NCBI GenBank assembly: GCA_030390025.1
Contig: JASTWF010000121.1
Span: forward strand, 248,001 to 312,000
Direction: 5' to 3'
Length of the DNA stretch: 64,000 bases
DNA from: Squalus acanthias
Lineage: Eukaryota
Position 1 is the first letter of the stretch; every line of letters begins with the position of its first letter. Of the stretch, positions 36,777 to 48,991 are shown piece by piece. Below the pieces are notes generated by a model that saw nothing but the letters and a program-made list of their open reading frames with translations, did no database searches and was not told the origin of the DNA. A program made the translations under genes and the position numbers.

Positions 36777-37450
36777 TCAGTTGTGACGTTGCTCAATGCC
36801 GTCTCAGTGTTGTGACAGAAGGCTGATTACAGGATCTGGAACAGTGAGTGGGCAGTAGGTGGGTCCCAACTGCAAGAGGCAAGAGGCAATGGAGTGGGTG
36901 ATCTTGATTGTGGACACAAAGAAGTCAATGTGTTCCTTGTAATTGGTGCCTGAAATGAGCATGGAGGGTGCGGTGAGGTGGGACAGATGGTTAGTGGTGG
37001 AGAGGAGCATTTTCGAGTTGTACCTACTCTCCAGGATTATCTGAGAGTTGAAAGAGGATTTGGCTGCTGAAAGGGAACAGTGGAGCTTGCTATGCTTGAG
37101 TCAGATTTAACAAGGAGCATCTGGGCAGGTCACTCACCAGGTGCTCAAGCTTGTGGCCTATGAGGCCATGGAGGTGGCTGTGAGACCAGGGGCGTGGTGG
37201 GAATGGGAAATTATTGGGGAAAATAGGGAAAGGATATCAACAGTAAATGTGAAACTTTTATGCAGTTGATGGAGTGAGATATTAATGTCATCATGGATGG
37301 AGTGAGGTTGGAGTGTGAGTTGGCACAAAGGAAGGTGGGCCAATTCCAGGGATAGAAACTAGGAGGGGAGATATTTAGGAGAAAGCTGATTAGGAAGGGA
37401 ATAGAAATAGCTTTGGAAAGTTTCAAGGTAGCAGATGTTGACAAGGTCAA

Positions 37451-38724
37451 GTGGGTGTGTGTGTGAGTGTGTGTGAGTGAGTCAGTGAGTGTGAGTGTGA
37501 GTGTGAGAGTACTCAGTGAGTGTGAGTGTGTATGTGAGTGTGAGTGTAGTCAGTGGGTGTGAGTGTGAGTGTGAGTGTAGTCAGTGAGTGTGAGTGTGAG
37601 TGTAGTCAGTGAGTGTGAGTATGAGTGTGAGTGTAGTCAGTGGATGTGAGTGTGAGTATGAGTGTAGTCAGTGAGTGTGAGTGTGAGTGTGAGTGTGAGT
37701 GTAGTCAGTGAGTGTGAGTGTGAGTGTGAGTGTGAGTGTAGTCAGTGAGTGTGAGTGTGAGTGTGAGTGTAGTCAGTGAGTGTGAGTGTGAGTGNNNNNN
37801 NNNNNNNNNNNNNNNNNNNNNNNNNNNNNNNNNNNNNNNNNNNNNNNNNNNNNNNNNNNNNNNNNNNNNNNNNNNNNNNNNNNNNNNNNNNNNNNNNNNN
37901 NNNNNNNNNNNNNNNNNNNNNNNNNNNNNNNNNNNNNNNNNNNNNNNNNNNNNNNNNAGTGTGAGTATGAGTGTGAGTGTAGTCAGTGAGTGTGAGTGTG
38001 AGTGTGAGTGTGAGTGTAGTCAGTGAGTGTGAGTGTGAGTGTGAGTATAGTCAGTGGGTGTGAGTGTGAGTGTGAGTGTAGTCAGTGGGTGTGAGTGTGA
38101 GTGTGAGTGTAGTCAGTGAGTGTGAGTGTGAGTGTGAGTGTAGTCAGTGGGTGTGAGTGTGAGTGTAGTCAGTGGGTGTGAGTGTGAGTGTGAGTGTAGT
38201 CAGTGAGTGTGAGTGTGAGTGTAGTCAGTGAGTGTGAGTGTGAGTGTGAGTGTAGTCAGTGAGTGTGAGTGTGAGTGTAGTCAGTGGGTGTGAGTGTGAG
38301 TGTGAGTGTAGTCAGTGAGTGTGGGTGTGAGTGTAGTCAGTGAGTGTGGGTGTGAGTGTAGTCAGTGAGTGTGGGTGTGAGTGTGAGTGTAGTCAGTGGG
38401 TGTGAGTGTGAGTGTGAGTGTGAGTGTGAGTATAGTCAGTGGGTGTGAGTGTGAGTGTAGTCAGTGGGTGTGAGTGTGAGTGTGAGTGTAGTCAGTGAGT
38501 GTGAGTGTGAGTGTGAGTGTAGTCAGTGGGTGTGAGTGTGAGTGTAGTCAGTGGGTGTGAGTGTGAGTGTGAGTGTAGTCAGTGAGTGTGAGTGTGAGTG
38601 TAGTCAGTGAGTGTGAGTGTGAGTGTAGTCAGTGGGTGTGAGTGTGAGTGTGAGTGTAGTCAGTGGGTGTGAGTGTGAGTGTGAGTGTAGTCAGTGGGTG
38701 TGAGTGTGTGTGTGAGTGTAGTCA
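37451..38724. repeat. GTGAGT/GTAGTCA compound satellite containing the assembly gap
   Basis: Runs of (GTGAGT)n punctuated by GTAGTCA; 163 N at 37795-37957. Confidence 0.97.
37795..37957. other. Assembly gap
   Basis: Run of N. Confidence 1.
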
Positions 38725-41247
38725 TCTCGTTTCTGCCCTAAAGTGGTCTGAATTTGATCTAGTTCAGTTTGCCGATGGTCCAATTCTTGCCCCACCTTCT
38801 TTGCGCTCTACCTTGGTTTGTCTGAGCCTTGGAGTTGCCTCAGCACATTTTCCTTCTCCACCATTGCCTCTTTCCATGCTTTAGCTCATTTTGGCTTTGT
38901 ATTCACATTGCTACTCCTGTGTTCATTCACTTGGTGTTCAGAGCTGGTCTTTTTCTTGACTTCTGCCTCCTTGTCACAGATTTCTGAATCTCTTTTGGTG
39001 AACTCGTGCCTAATGTATTTACAGTCACTTTAGTTTTGGGTTAGCTGCTCCTTCATCTCCTGTTGTAGTTTTGCTTCGAATTACAGAATTTTCACTTCCT
39101 CGTCAGATCACTGTTATTCCATTGCCTGCAAGTCAGTTTCCCTTTGCATCCTTCCTGTTTGAATTCCTGAGGCTCTGTCTTGGGTTTCTTGTCTTTTGTA
39201 GTTCAGGAGGTACATCTGGGGTTTGGTTTTCATTGCTGCTGACCTCTCCACGAGCTCCTGCTGCCCATCCAATGTTTTTCCATGGTTTAGTCCATCCTTC
39301 TGTATCGGACAAATCTCTGCAATCCACAGGATTAAGGTGGGCTATGGTCCTGTCATGATAAACTTTTACCATTCTAAACCTGGGACCAGCTATGGCATTT
39401 TGTTTTAGGGCCACTATCCCTTTACTTCAATTCCAACTCACACATTTGGGTTCCACAATTATCATCCACATCTAAGGTTTATAAGATTTAGCCCAACTTT
39501 GAACCATTTTAAATCACCCAGTCCAAGGTATTCAAACAGTTACACAATCAAAACCAATCATAGGGATGATGTGCACAACTGAGTGAGGTGATTAACTGCT
39601 AATTGCCAGAGTTATCGAGGGAGTTGTTAGATATAGAGGTGCATCAACTAATGTGTACATGATAATGCAGTTCACACTATCACAAGGTTAAGTATTGGGA
39701 ATCATTGAAAGTACTTTGCAGAGTTAATGGGAGGGCCCTCATTTGCATGGGGCAGGCAGGTGAAGTCCCATCTGAGTTTCTTCTTCTTCAAGGTCCTGGC
39801 CGTATCTTCAGTGTTGACCCTAGTTGCCCTGAGAAGGTGGTGGTGGGCCTTTTCCTTGGACCACTGCATTTCTTGTGGTGCTGGTGCAGCCACAATCCTG
39901 CATCTGGCAGCCCACCACTGCAGGATGGGTGTGGTTAGAAATTATGGTCTAGATATGACATGAGACCGGCGTGTTGTGGGCACCTGCTGGGCATCCCCAG
40001 GCATTCCACCGGCAAAGAGGATTCCAATTTCAGACCACTGTGTCACTGGTATCGGCCCTCGGGTAGGTCCTGGGAGGGAGGGAGGAGCTGATTGGGAGAG
40101 AGGAGAGTGATTGTGAATAGGATGAAGGCGATCGGGAGGAATAGAGGGGTTGAATGGGAGTGGGGGAGGGAGCGATAGGGAGGGAGGGTGAGGGCAATCA
40201 GGAGAGAACTGGCAATGGTCTTCGGTGCTGCTGTGGAGGCGGGAGGCACACTCCTGCACCTCCCAGCTCCACATTCAGGGAAGTACTTTATTAAAAAACT
40301 CACCTTTTAGGTGAGGGGCTGTAGTGGTCCCCTTAAGGACCACTGGTTAGGCTGCTTGTAGACCTGGTCTGGCGCTGGCGTCATTCAGGGTAGATTTTGA
40401 GACGAGATCCTTCAACAGCCGTTAGGCTCCTTATTTTCACATGGAAAGGGTCTAACGCTGGACTCAGACTCGGGTCCTGAATGGCTCTTTTTCTATTTTC
40501 ACCAATATGGCCATAGTGGACACTTAGGTCACCGTTTTGTGCCTGTAAAACGAGCGTGGCATCAACCGTGTACGGTCACATCGTGGTTCTGTTACTGAAC
40601 TCGTAATCTAATGACTAAAGATCCGGAGACGTGAGATCAAATCCCACCACAGCAGCTGGGGAATTTAAATTCAGTTAATTAACTAAATCTGGAATAAAAA
40701 GCTAGAATCAGTAATGGTGACCATGAAACTATCGGATTGTTGTAAAAACCCATCTGGTTCACTAATGTCCTTTAGGGAAGGAAATCTGCCGTCCTTACCT
40801 GGTCTGGCCTATATGTGACTCCAGACCCCCAGCAATGTGGTTGACTCTTAACTGCCCTCTGAAATGGCCCAGCGAGACACTCAGCTGTCACCACCTTCTC
40901 AAGGGCAATTAGGGATGGGCAATAAATGCTGGCCTTGCCAGCGACGCCCACAGCCCGTGAATGAATAAAAAAATAATTTCTAGGCCAATGGCATTGCACC
41001 TGTGACCCAGAGCTGTGGGGTTATTCACAAACAATGCATCACATGATGGTTTCCCATCATTGGAATATGCGAACCAATATTTGAACAATATTCCTCGTTC
41101 ACCTTCACTTTCAACGTTAAATCCCAGAAGTGGTGGCAGGACATGTGGATCCAGCAAAACGATCGCCTGTACATTGTTTATTCTACCACCTGTTGGATTT
41201 AACACAGGAACAGTTTATCATATGATATTCATTTGATATTCGAGCAA

Positions 41248-42258
41248 GTTACATAGGAACAGGAGGAGGCCATTCATCCCCTCGAGCCTGTTACACAGGA
41301 ACAGGAGGAGGCCATTCAGCCCCTCAAGCCTGTTACACAGGAACAGGAGGAGGCCATTCAGCCCCTCAAGCCTGTTACACAGGAACAGGAGGAGGTCATT
41401 CGGCACCTTAATCTATTAGACAGGAACAGGAGGAGGCCATTCAGCCCCTCGAGCCTGTTACACAGGCACAGGAGGAGGCTATTCATCCCCTCGAGCCTGT
41501 TACACAGGAACAGGAGGAGGCCATTCAGCCCCCTCGAGCCTGTTAACCAGGAACAGGAGGAGGCTATTCAGCCCCTCAAGCCTGTTACACAGGAACAGGA
41601 GGAGGCCATTCAGCCCCTCGAGCCTGTTACACAGGAACAGGAGGAGACCATTCAGCCCCTCAAACCTGTTACAACAGGAACAGAAGGAGACCATTCAGCC
41701 CCTCGAGCCTGTTACACAGGAACAGGAGGAGATCATTCAGCCCCCGAGCCTGTTATACAGGAACAGGAGGAGGCCATTCAGCCCCTCGAGCCTGTTACAC
41801 AGGAACAGGAGGAGGCCATTCATCCCCCTCGAGCCTGTTATACAGGAACAGGAGGAGATCATTCAGCCCCTCGAGCCTGTTACACAGGAACAGGAGGAGG
41901 CCATTCATCCCCCTCGAGCCTGTTATACAGGAACAGGAGGAGATCATTCAGCCCCTCGAGCCTGTTATACAGGAACAGGAGGAGGCCAGTCGGCCTCTCG
42001 AGCCTGTTACACAGGAACAGGAGGAGGCCATTCAGCCCCTCGAGGCTGTTACATAGGAACAGGAGGAGGCCATTCAGCCCCCTCGAGCCTGTTACACAGG
42101 AACAGGAGGAGACCAGTCAGCCTCTCGAGCCTGTTACACAGGAACAGGAGGAGACCAGTCAGCCTCTCGAGCCTGTTACACAGGAACAGGAGGAGGCCAG
42201 TCAGCCTCTCGAGCCTCTTACAAAAGAACAGGAGGAGGCCAGTCAGCCTCTCGAGCCT
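41248..42258. repeat. 42-bp CR1-tail satellite, about 24 units (paralogue of 16721-22460)
   Basis: Same unit and homologous flanks. Confidence 0.95.
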
Positions 42259-42622
42259 ACTCCACCATTCAATCAGATCATGGGTGATCTGTACCTCTAC
42301 TTCATTAACCCGCCATTGCTCCACATCCCCTGATACCATTACCTAACAAAAATCTATCGATCTCAGACTTGAGAGCTGGAATTGACCCCCAGCATCCACA
42401 GCCTTTTGTGGAGAGAGTTCCAGATTTCCACTGCCCTTTGTGTGATGAAGTGCTTCCTGATTTCACTCCTGATCAGCTTGGCTCTAGATTTAAGATTATG
42501 CCCCTTTGTTCTTGATTCCCCCACCAGTGGAAATAGTTTCTCGCTCTCTACCCTGTCGAACCCAATAAGTTCCTCCCCTTGATTTATTTTTAGTACCCCT
42601 TCTATCGCTGGTATTTTAACTC

Positions 42623-44801
42623 ATTTGGGGCACCACTCCAGCAGTAAGCTCCCTGCTGGAGCAGAGCTAATCTACAGAACAAACGGAAAATTATTCAACC
42701 TCCGTCACCTCCTGTCCAGATCCAAGGTTGTCCCATCCTCTGTCATTGAATTACCATATGCAGATGATGCTTGCGTCTGCGCTCACTCTGAGGTCGAACT
42801 CCAAACCATCGTCAGCATCTTCACTGAAGCGTACGAGAGCATGGGCCTTACACTAAACATCCGTAAGACAAAGGTCCTCTACCAACCTGCCCCCACCACA
42901 CAGGACTGCTCCCCAATTATCAAAATCCACGACGAGGCCTTGGACAATGTGGACCACTTTTCATACCTCGGGAGCATACTGTCAGCAAAGGCAGACGTCG
43001 ATGATGAAGTCCAACAACGCCTTCAGTGTGCCAGTGCAGCCTTCGGTCACCTGAGGAAGAGAGTGTTTGAAGACCAGGGCCTCAAACCCAGCACCAGCTC
43101 ATAGTCTACAGAGCAGTAGAGATACCCGCCCTCCTGTATGCTTCAGAGACATGGACCATGTACAGCAGGCACCTCAAAGCACTAGAGAGGTACCACCAAC
43201 GCTGCCTCCGCAAGATCCTGCAAATCCATTGGCAGGATAGGCGCATCAACGTCAGTGTTCTCGCTCAGGCCAACAGAGATATAGAAACATAGAAGATAGG
43301 AGCAGGAGTAGGCCATTTGGCCCCTTGAGCCTGCTCTGCCATTCGATGAGATCATGGCTGATCATCCAAACTCAGTACCCTGTACCTGCCTTCTCCCCAT
43401 ATCTCTTGATACCTTTATCTTTAAGAAATATATCTAACTCATTCTTGAATATATTTAATGACTTGGCCTCAACTACCTTCTGTGGTAGAGAATTCCACAG
43501 GTTCACCACTCTCTGGGTGAAGAAATTCTTCCTCATTTCTGTCCTAAATGGCTTACCCCTTATCTTTAGATTATGACCCCTGGTTCTGGACTCTCCGACC
43601 ATCGGGAACATTCTTCCTGCATCTAGTTTGTCCAGACCTGTCAGAATTGTATATGTTTCGATGAGATCCCCTCTCATTCTTCTATACTCCAGCGAGTATA
43701 AGCCCAATCGACCCAATCTCTACTCATATGTCATTCCTGCCATCCCAGGTATCAGCCTTGTGAATCTTCGCTGAACTCCTTCCATGGCAAGAACATCCTT
43801 CCTCAGATAAGGCGACCAAAACTGCACACAGTACTCAAGGTGTGGTCTCACCAAGGCCCTGTACAACTGCAGCAGGACATCCCTGTTCCTATACTCAAAC
43901 CCTTTCGCTATGAAGGCCAACATACCATACGCCTTCTTCACCGCCTGCTGCACCTGCAAGCTTACCTTCAGCGACTGATGCACAAGGACACCCAGGTCTC
44001 GTTGCACTTCCCCTTCTCCCAATCTATTGCCATTCTGATAATAGTCTGCCTTTCTGTTTTTGACGCCAAAGTGGATAACCTCGCACTTATCCACGTTATA
44101 TTGTATCTGCCACGCTTCTGCCCACTCACTCAAACTGTCCAAATCATCTTGGAGTTTCTCGGTATCCTCCTCGCAACACACACGCCCACCCAGCTTTGTG
44201 TCATCTGTAAAACTGGAGATATTACATTTAGTTCCCTTATCTAGATCATTAATGTATATTATGAATAGCTGGGGTCCAAGGACCGATCCCTGCGGTACCC
44301 CACTAGTCACTGCCTGCCACTCGGAACATCCCCAGCATCGAAGCTTTGACCACACTTGATCAGCTCCGATGGATGGCCCACATCGTCCGCATGCCCAATA
44401 CGAGACTCCCAAAGCAACTGCTCCACTCGAAGCTCGGACACATCAAGAGAGCCGCAGGTGGGCAGGGGAAACGTTTCAAGGACATCCTCAAAGCCTCCTT
44501 GAAAAAGTGGAACGTCCCCACCAACACCTGGGAATCCCAAGACCACACAAAGTGGAGGAGAAGCATTCGGGAAGGCGCCGAACACCTCGACTCTGTTCAC
44601 CGGGAGCAAGCGGAAGGCAAGCGCAAACAGCGGAAGGAGCGCACATCAACCCAAGCACCCCACCCACCCGCCCCTTCAACCACCGTCTGCCCCACCTGTG
44701 ACAGAGACTGTAGGTCCCACATTGGACTCATCAGTCACCTGAGAACTCATTTTTGGTGTGGAAGCAAGTCATCCTCAGTTCCAAGGGACTGCCTAAGAGA
44801 A
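42623..44801 (+). mobile_element. RTE-clade LINE, 5'-truncated, interrupted by a CR1
   Basis: ORFs 42625-43104 (YADD, GLTLNIRKTK, FSYLGS) and 44346-44852; same family as 4809-5586; absent from copy 1. Confidence 0.92.
43276..44324 (-). mobile_element. Young CR1-clade LINE nested in the RTE
   Basis: ORFs 43720-44412 and 43372-43716; TSD AACA at 43272-43275 and 44325-44328. Confidence 0.92.
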
Positions 44802-45451
44802 GATTTTATCCTCTTGCTCTACTGTGAAAATGGAAACAAAGTGCTCCTTTAATAAATCACCATCACCTTGTTATTGGCCCAGATATTAACGGGGAGGTGG
44901 AAAATTGATTGAGGGCCTGGCTGGTGAGCGGGAGCACAAACAAGCAGCAGGGAGTCACAGCCGGGGACCCATGGGGACGGACCCTGGCAGCTAGTGGGGG
45001 GACACTCGGGGCCACGATCGGTGGGGGGTGGAGGGGCGAGAGGTCAGAGTGTGACCGGGGGCGGGGGCTGAGAGGTAGGGCCGGAATCGGGGGGGATTGT
45101 TTCAAAGCTCGGGGCCGTGATCGGGGGAAGGGGGGTAGCCCGGTTTATGGAGGCCCAAGGCTTCCTTGTGAAGCCCAGAGGATCACTCCTGCCCCTCCTG
45201 GCCCACAAGAAAACCTGAAAGATAAATGTCAAACTTTCCAGCTGGGCCTCTTCTGTCAGCCCTTCCCTATGTTGTTGGTCCCAACATGGACCAGGGCGAC
45301 TGGATCTCAGCCTCCCTTTCACCCTAATCTTTCTCTTCCTGTCAGGTCCAGCCTGTGACGCTGGGAGTGATCAGAGATTACTGCCCTGGAGGTTCTGCTT
45401 CTTAATCCAGAAAGACTGTAGCCCTGTTGGAGGGGCAGGTCTTGGGTCCAC

Positions 45452-45790
45452 ACCGTCTTTTGGATGAGACGTTAAACCGAGGCCCCGTCTGCTCTCTCAG
45501 GTGGACGTAAAAGACCCCACGGTCACTATTTCGAAGAAGAGCAGGGGAGTTCTCCCCGGTGTCCTGGCCAATATTTATCCCTCAACCAACATCACTAAAA
45601 CAGATTATCTGGTCATTATCACATTGCTGTTTGTGGGAGCTTGCTGTGCGCAAATTGGCTGCTGCGTTTCCCAAATTACAACAGTAACTACACTTCAAAA
45701 GTACTTCATTGGCTGTAAAGCGCTTTGGGACGTCCAGTGGTCATGAAAGGCGCTATAGAAATGCAAGTCTGTCTGTCTTTCTTTCTTTCC
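45452..45790 (+). mobile_element. Deu-SINE (SacSINE1-like), uninterrupted
   Basis: Deu core and L2-like tail; empty site for the CR1 at 23755. Confidence 0.85.
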
Positions 45791-46408
45791 CTCCAGTCCG
45801 CCCCAGTTCCCACCACTTCCCGTGACCGCCATGTGGAAGATGGCAGTAGGCTGGAGGTAGCAGTGGTGAAGACCCTGGGGCCGGGGAATGCAGGGAGAGA
45901 GCCTCCTCTTCCTCCAGTCTTGCCCCCACACCCTTCCCTGTGGAGACCTCAGTCTGCTGAGACCTAAACGGCTGTAGCCCTGTTGATCTTTGGGGAACTT
46001 CTGTCCCTTTAAATGCCTGGCCGCCTCTTCCAGTACCGCAGACACGTCCCAATTCCAGATCTCACATCGCTTTGAATTCTGAGGAAGACTTTCCCACTAT
46101 TATCAGTACAGTGAAGATAATTCCAGCCTGGGAGAAGTAAGCTTGTATTAGAAGCTGTTGTTCAGTGTGAGATCAACATTGCTTTTCCTATTATATCAGT
46201 TCACCTGTACTGCTGACATCAGCACACCTGCCCCTCAGCAAGTTTATTGTTTGACCTGAATCAGTAACAACCTAACCCACTGGCTCAGTCTTACAATCTG
46301 TTCTCTCTGTTTAACCTGATCTGTACTGCCTGGACTGTCCCTTTAAATACCAGGACACTTTGTAACTTTCAGACCGGTTTTTAAGTTATTGATATTTTTC
46401 CCTTAAAG

Positions 46409-46753
46409 GTGCAAATGATCCAGTCCTTCTCCAGTCTCCGAGCCTGGAACGTGTCACAGAGGGTCACTCGGCGCGGTTACAGTGCACCATGCGGAACGCC
46501 AGTGTGAGAGACACCGATGTCCACTGGTACCGGCAACTACCAGGGCAAGATATGGAGTGGGTTTTAACACATGAGGCAAGTGGCAGCACACGAGGGAGCC
46601 CAGGTTCCACTGACCGTCTCCAGCCTTCCAGAGACACCTCCAATAACAGCTTCATTCTGACAATCACAAAGGTGCAGCCCAGTGACACTGCCGTCTATTA
46701 CTGCTCAGTGTGGGGATGGATCTACGGGAGCGGGACCCTGCTCAGTGTCACCA
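46409..46753 (+). CDS. Germline-joined Ig/TCR-like VJ exon 2 (V-set domain)
   Basis: Acceptor tttttcccttaaag|, donor |GTGAGT, phase 1-1. Translation (G)ANDPVLLQSPSLERVTEGHSARLQCTMRNASVRDTDVHWYRQLPGQDMEWVLTHEASGSTRGSPGSTDRLQPSRDTSNNSFILTITKVQPSDTAVYYCSVWGWIYGSGTLLSVT has the canonical WYRQ.PG, EW and YGSGT motifs. No RSS is present. Confidence 0.93.
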
Positions 46754-48707
46754 GTGAGTACAGTTTACATTACAATAGCCTGAAAGTAATAACCCCTCAC
46801 ACATGAATTAATTGGAGATCAGTATCTGATAAAGCGGCAGGAGGTGAAGTAAAGTGGTCTGGGCGATGGATTAGCTGGGGGCAAGAAGCTGAGCTCAGGT
46901 CGAGTAATTCCCCAAAGTTCGACATCTCTGGGCTTAGCCTGAGGGGGTGTCTGGGGAGGTTCGAGGCGTGTAGGGGTTTGCTGAGCTGAAGAGGAAGTGT
47001 TGTCTTCGCCGAGTCCTAATGTTGGACAGGCATTTGGAGAGAATGGAACAGCCTTGGAATCAATGGAGGAGGTGGAGAGGCAGAGCCGAGTGTTGCTGTC
47101 GATGTCAATGTTGACCCTGCTTCTGGATGATGTTACTGAGGGTGAAATGATGAAGAGGAGGAACCCAAGGATGGTGCCCTGGGGCACAGCAGAGATGGTC
47201 ATTCAGACATCGGAGGAGACACCACTGGTGGTGATATAAAGCTAATGGTGTGACCAGCAACAACAACAACTTGTATTTATATAGCGCCTTTAATGTAGTA
47301 AAATGTCCCAAGGGGCTTCACGGGAGCGTTATTAAACACAATTTGACACCGAGCCACATAAGGAGATATTAGGACAGATGACGAGGTAGATTTTAAGGAA
47401 CGTTTTAAAGGAGGAAAGAGAGGTAGAGAGGCGGAGAGGTTTAGGGAGGGAGTTACAGAGCTTAGTGTCTGGGCAGCTGAAGGCACGGCTGCCAATGATT
47501 GAACGATTCAAATTGGGGAAGATCAAGAGACCAGAATTGGAGGAGCGCAGATATCTTGGGGGGGTGGGGGGTGTTGTGGGGCTGGAGGAGATTACAGAGA
47601 TAGGGAGGGGTGAGGACATGGAGGGATTTGAAAACAAGGATGAGAATTTTAAAGTCGAGGCGTTGCTTCACCGGGAGTCAATGTAGGTCAGCGAGCACAG
47701 GGGTGATGGGTGAACGGGACTTGGTGCGAGTTAGGACACGGACAGCAGAGTTTTTGATGACCTCAAGTTTACAGAGGGTAGAACGTGACTGGCTGGGCAG
47801 GAGTGCGTTGGAATAGTCAAGTCTCGAGGTAACAAAGGCATGAATGAGGGTTTCAACAGCAGATGAGCTGAGGCAGGGGCGGAGTCGGGCGATGTTACAG
47901 AAGTGGAAATGGGCGGTCTTAGTGATGTCACGGATATGTGGTCGGAAGCTCATCACGGGGCCAAATTTGACACCAAGGTTGCGAACAGTCTGGTTCAGCC
48001 TCAGACAGTTGCCAGGGAGACGGATGGAGTCGGTGACTAGGGAACGGTGATTGTGGCCGGGACCGAAGACAACGGCTTCAGTCTTCCCAATATTTATTTG
48101 GAGGAATTTTCTCTCATCCAGAACTGGATGTTGGACAAGCAGTCTGAGAGTTTAGATACAGTGGAGGGGTTGAGAGAGGTGGTGGTGAGGTAGAGCTGGG
48201 TATCGTCAGCTTATATGTGGAAACTGATGCTGTGTTTTCAGATGATGTCGCCAATGGAGAAGGAGTAGAACCATGAGAGACCAGTGCCACGGAGGTGGAC
48301 TATTGAACAGAGACTTTTAAGAACATAAGAACATAAGAAATAGGAGCTGGAGTCGGCCAATTGGCCCCTCGATCCTGCTCCGCCATTCAATAAGATCATG
48401 GCTGATCTGGTCTTGGCCTCAACTCCACTTTCCTGCCCGCTCCACATAACCCTTGACTCCCTTTTCATTCAAAAATCTGTCTATCTCCACCTTAAATAGA
48501 TTCAACGACCCAGCCTCCACAGCTCTCTGGGAAAGAGAATTCCAAAGATTCACGACCCACTAAGAGAAGAAATTCCTCCTCATCTCCGTTTTAAATGGGC
48601 AACCAATTATTCTGAAACTATGTCCCCTCGTTCTAGATTCCCCCTCGAGGGGAAACATGCTCTCTGCATCTACCCTGTCAAGCCCCCTCAGAATCTTATA
48701 TGTTTCA

Positions 48708-48991
48708 TAGAAACATAGAAACATAGAAACTAGGAGCAGGAGTAGGCCATTCGGCCCGTCGAGCCTGCTCCACCATTCAATACGATCATGGCTGATCATC
48801 CAAATCCAGTACCCTGTCCCTGCTTTAATCCCCACAGTACACATATCCCACCCTACCCCCGTAACCCCACGCATTTAATTCCCCCTAACATAGCCCATCC
48901 TATCCCCATAACCCCACATATTTAATCCCCCCCTAACACTAAGGGACAATTTATCATAGCCAAATCAACCTAACACACACATTTTTGGACT
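48708..48991 (-). mobile_element. HE1-like V-SINE fragment sharing its 3' tail with the young CR1 family
   Basis: V-domain-like core (agtccaaaaatgtg..ttaggttgatttggctatgataaattgtcccttagtg on minus), CR1-type tail with (TTTCTATG)n, TSD TTTCA; absent from copy 1. Confidence 0.7.

Noticed and set aside
37745-38026. ORFs spanning the N run
   Set aside because: These come from the assembly gap within the satellite.
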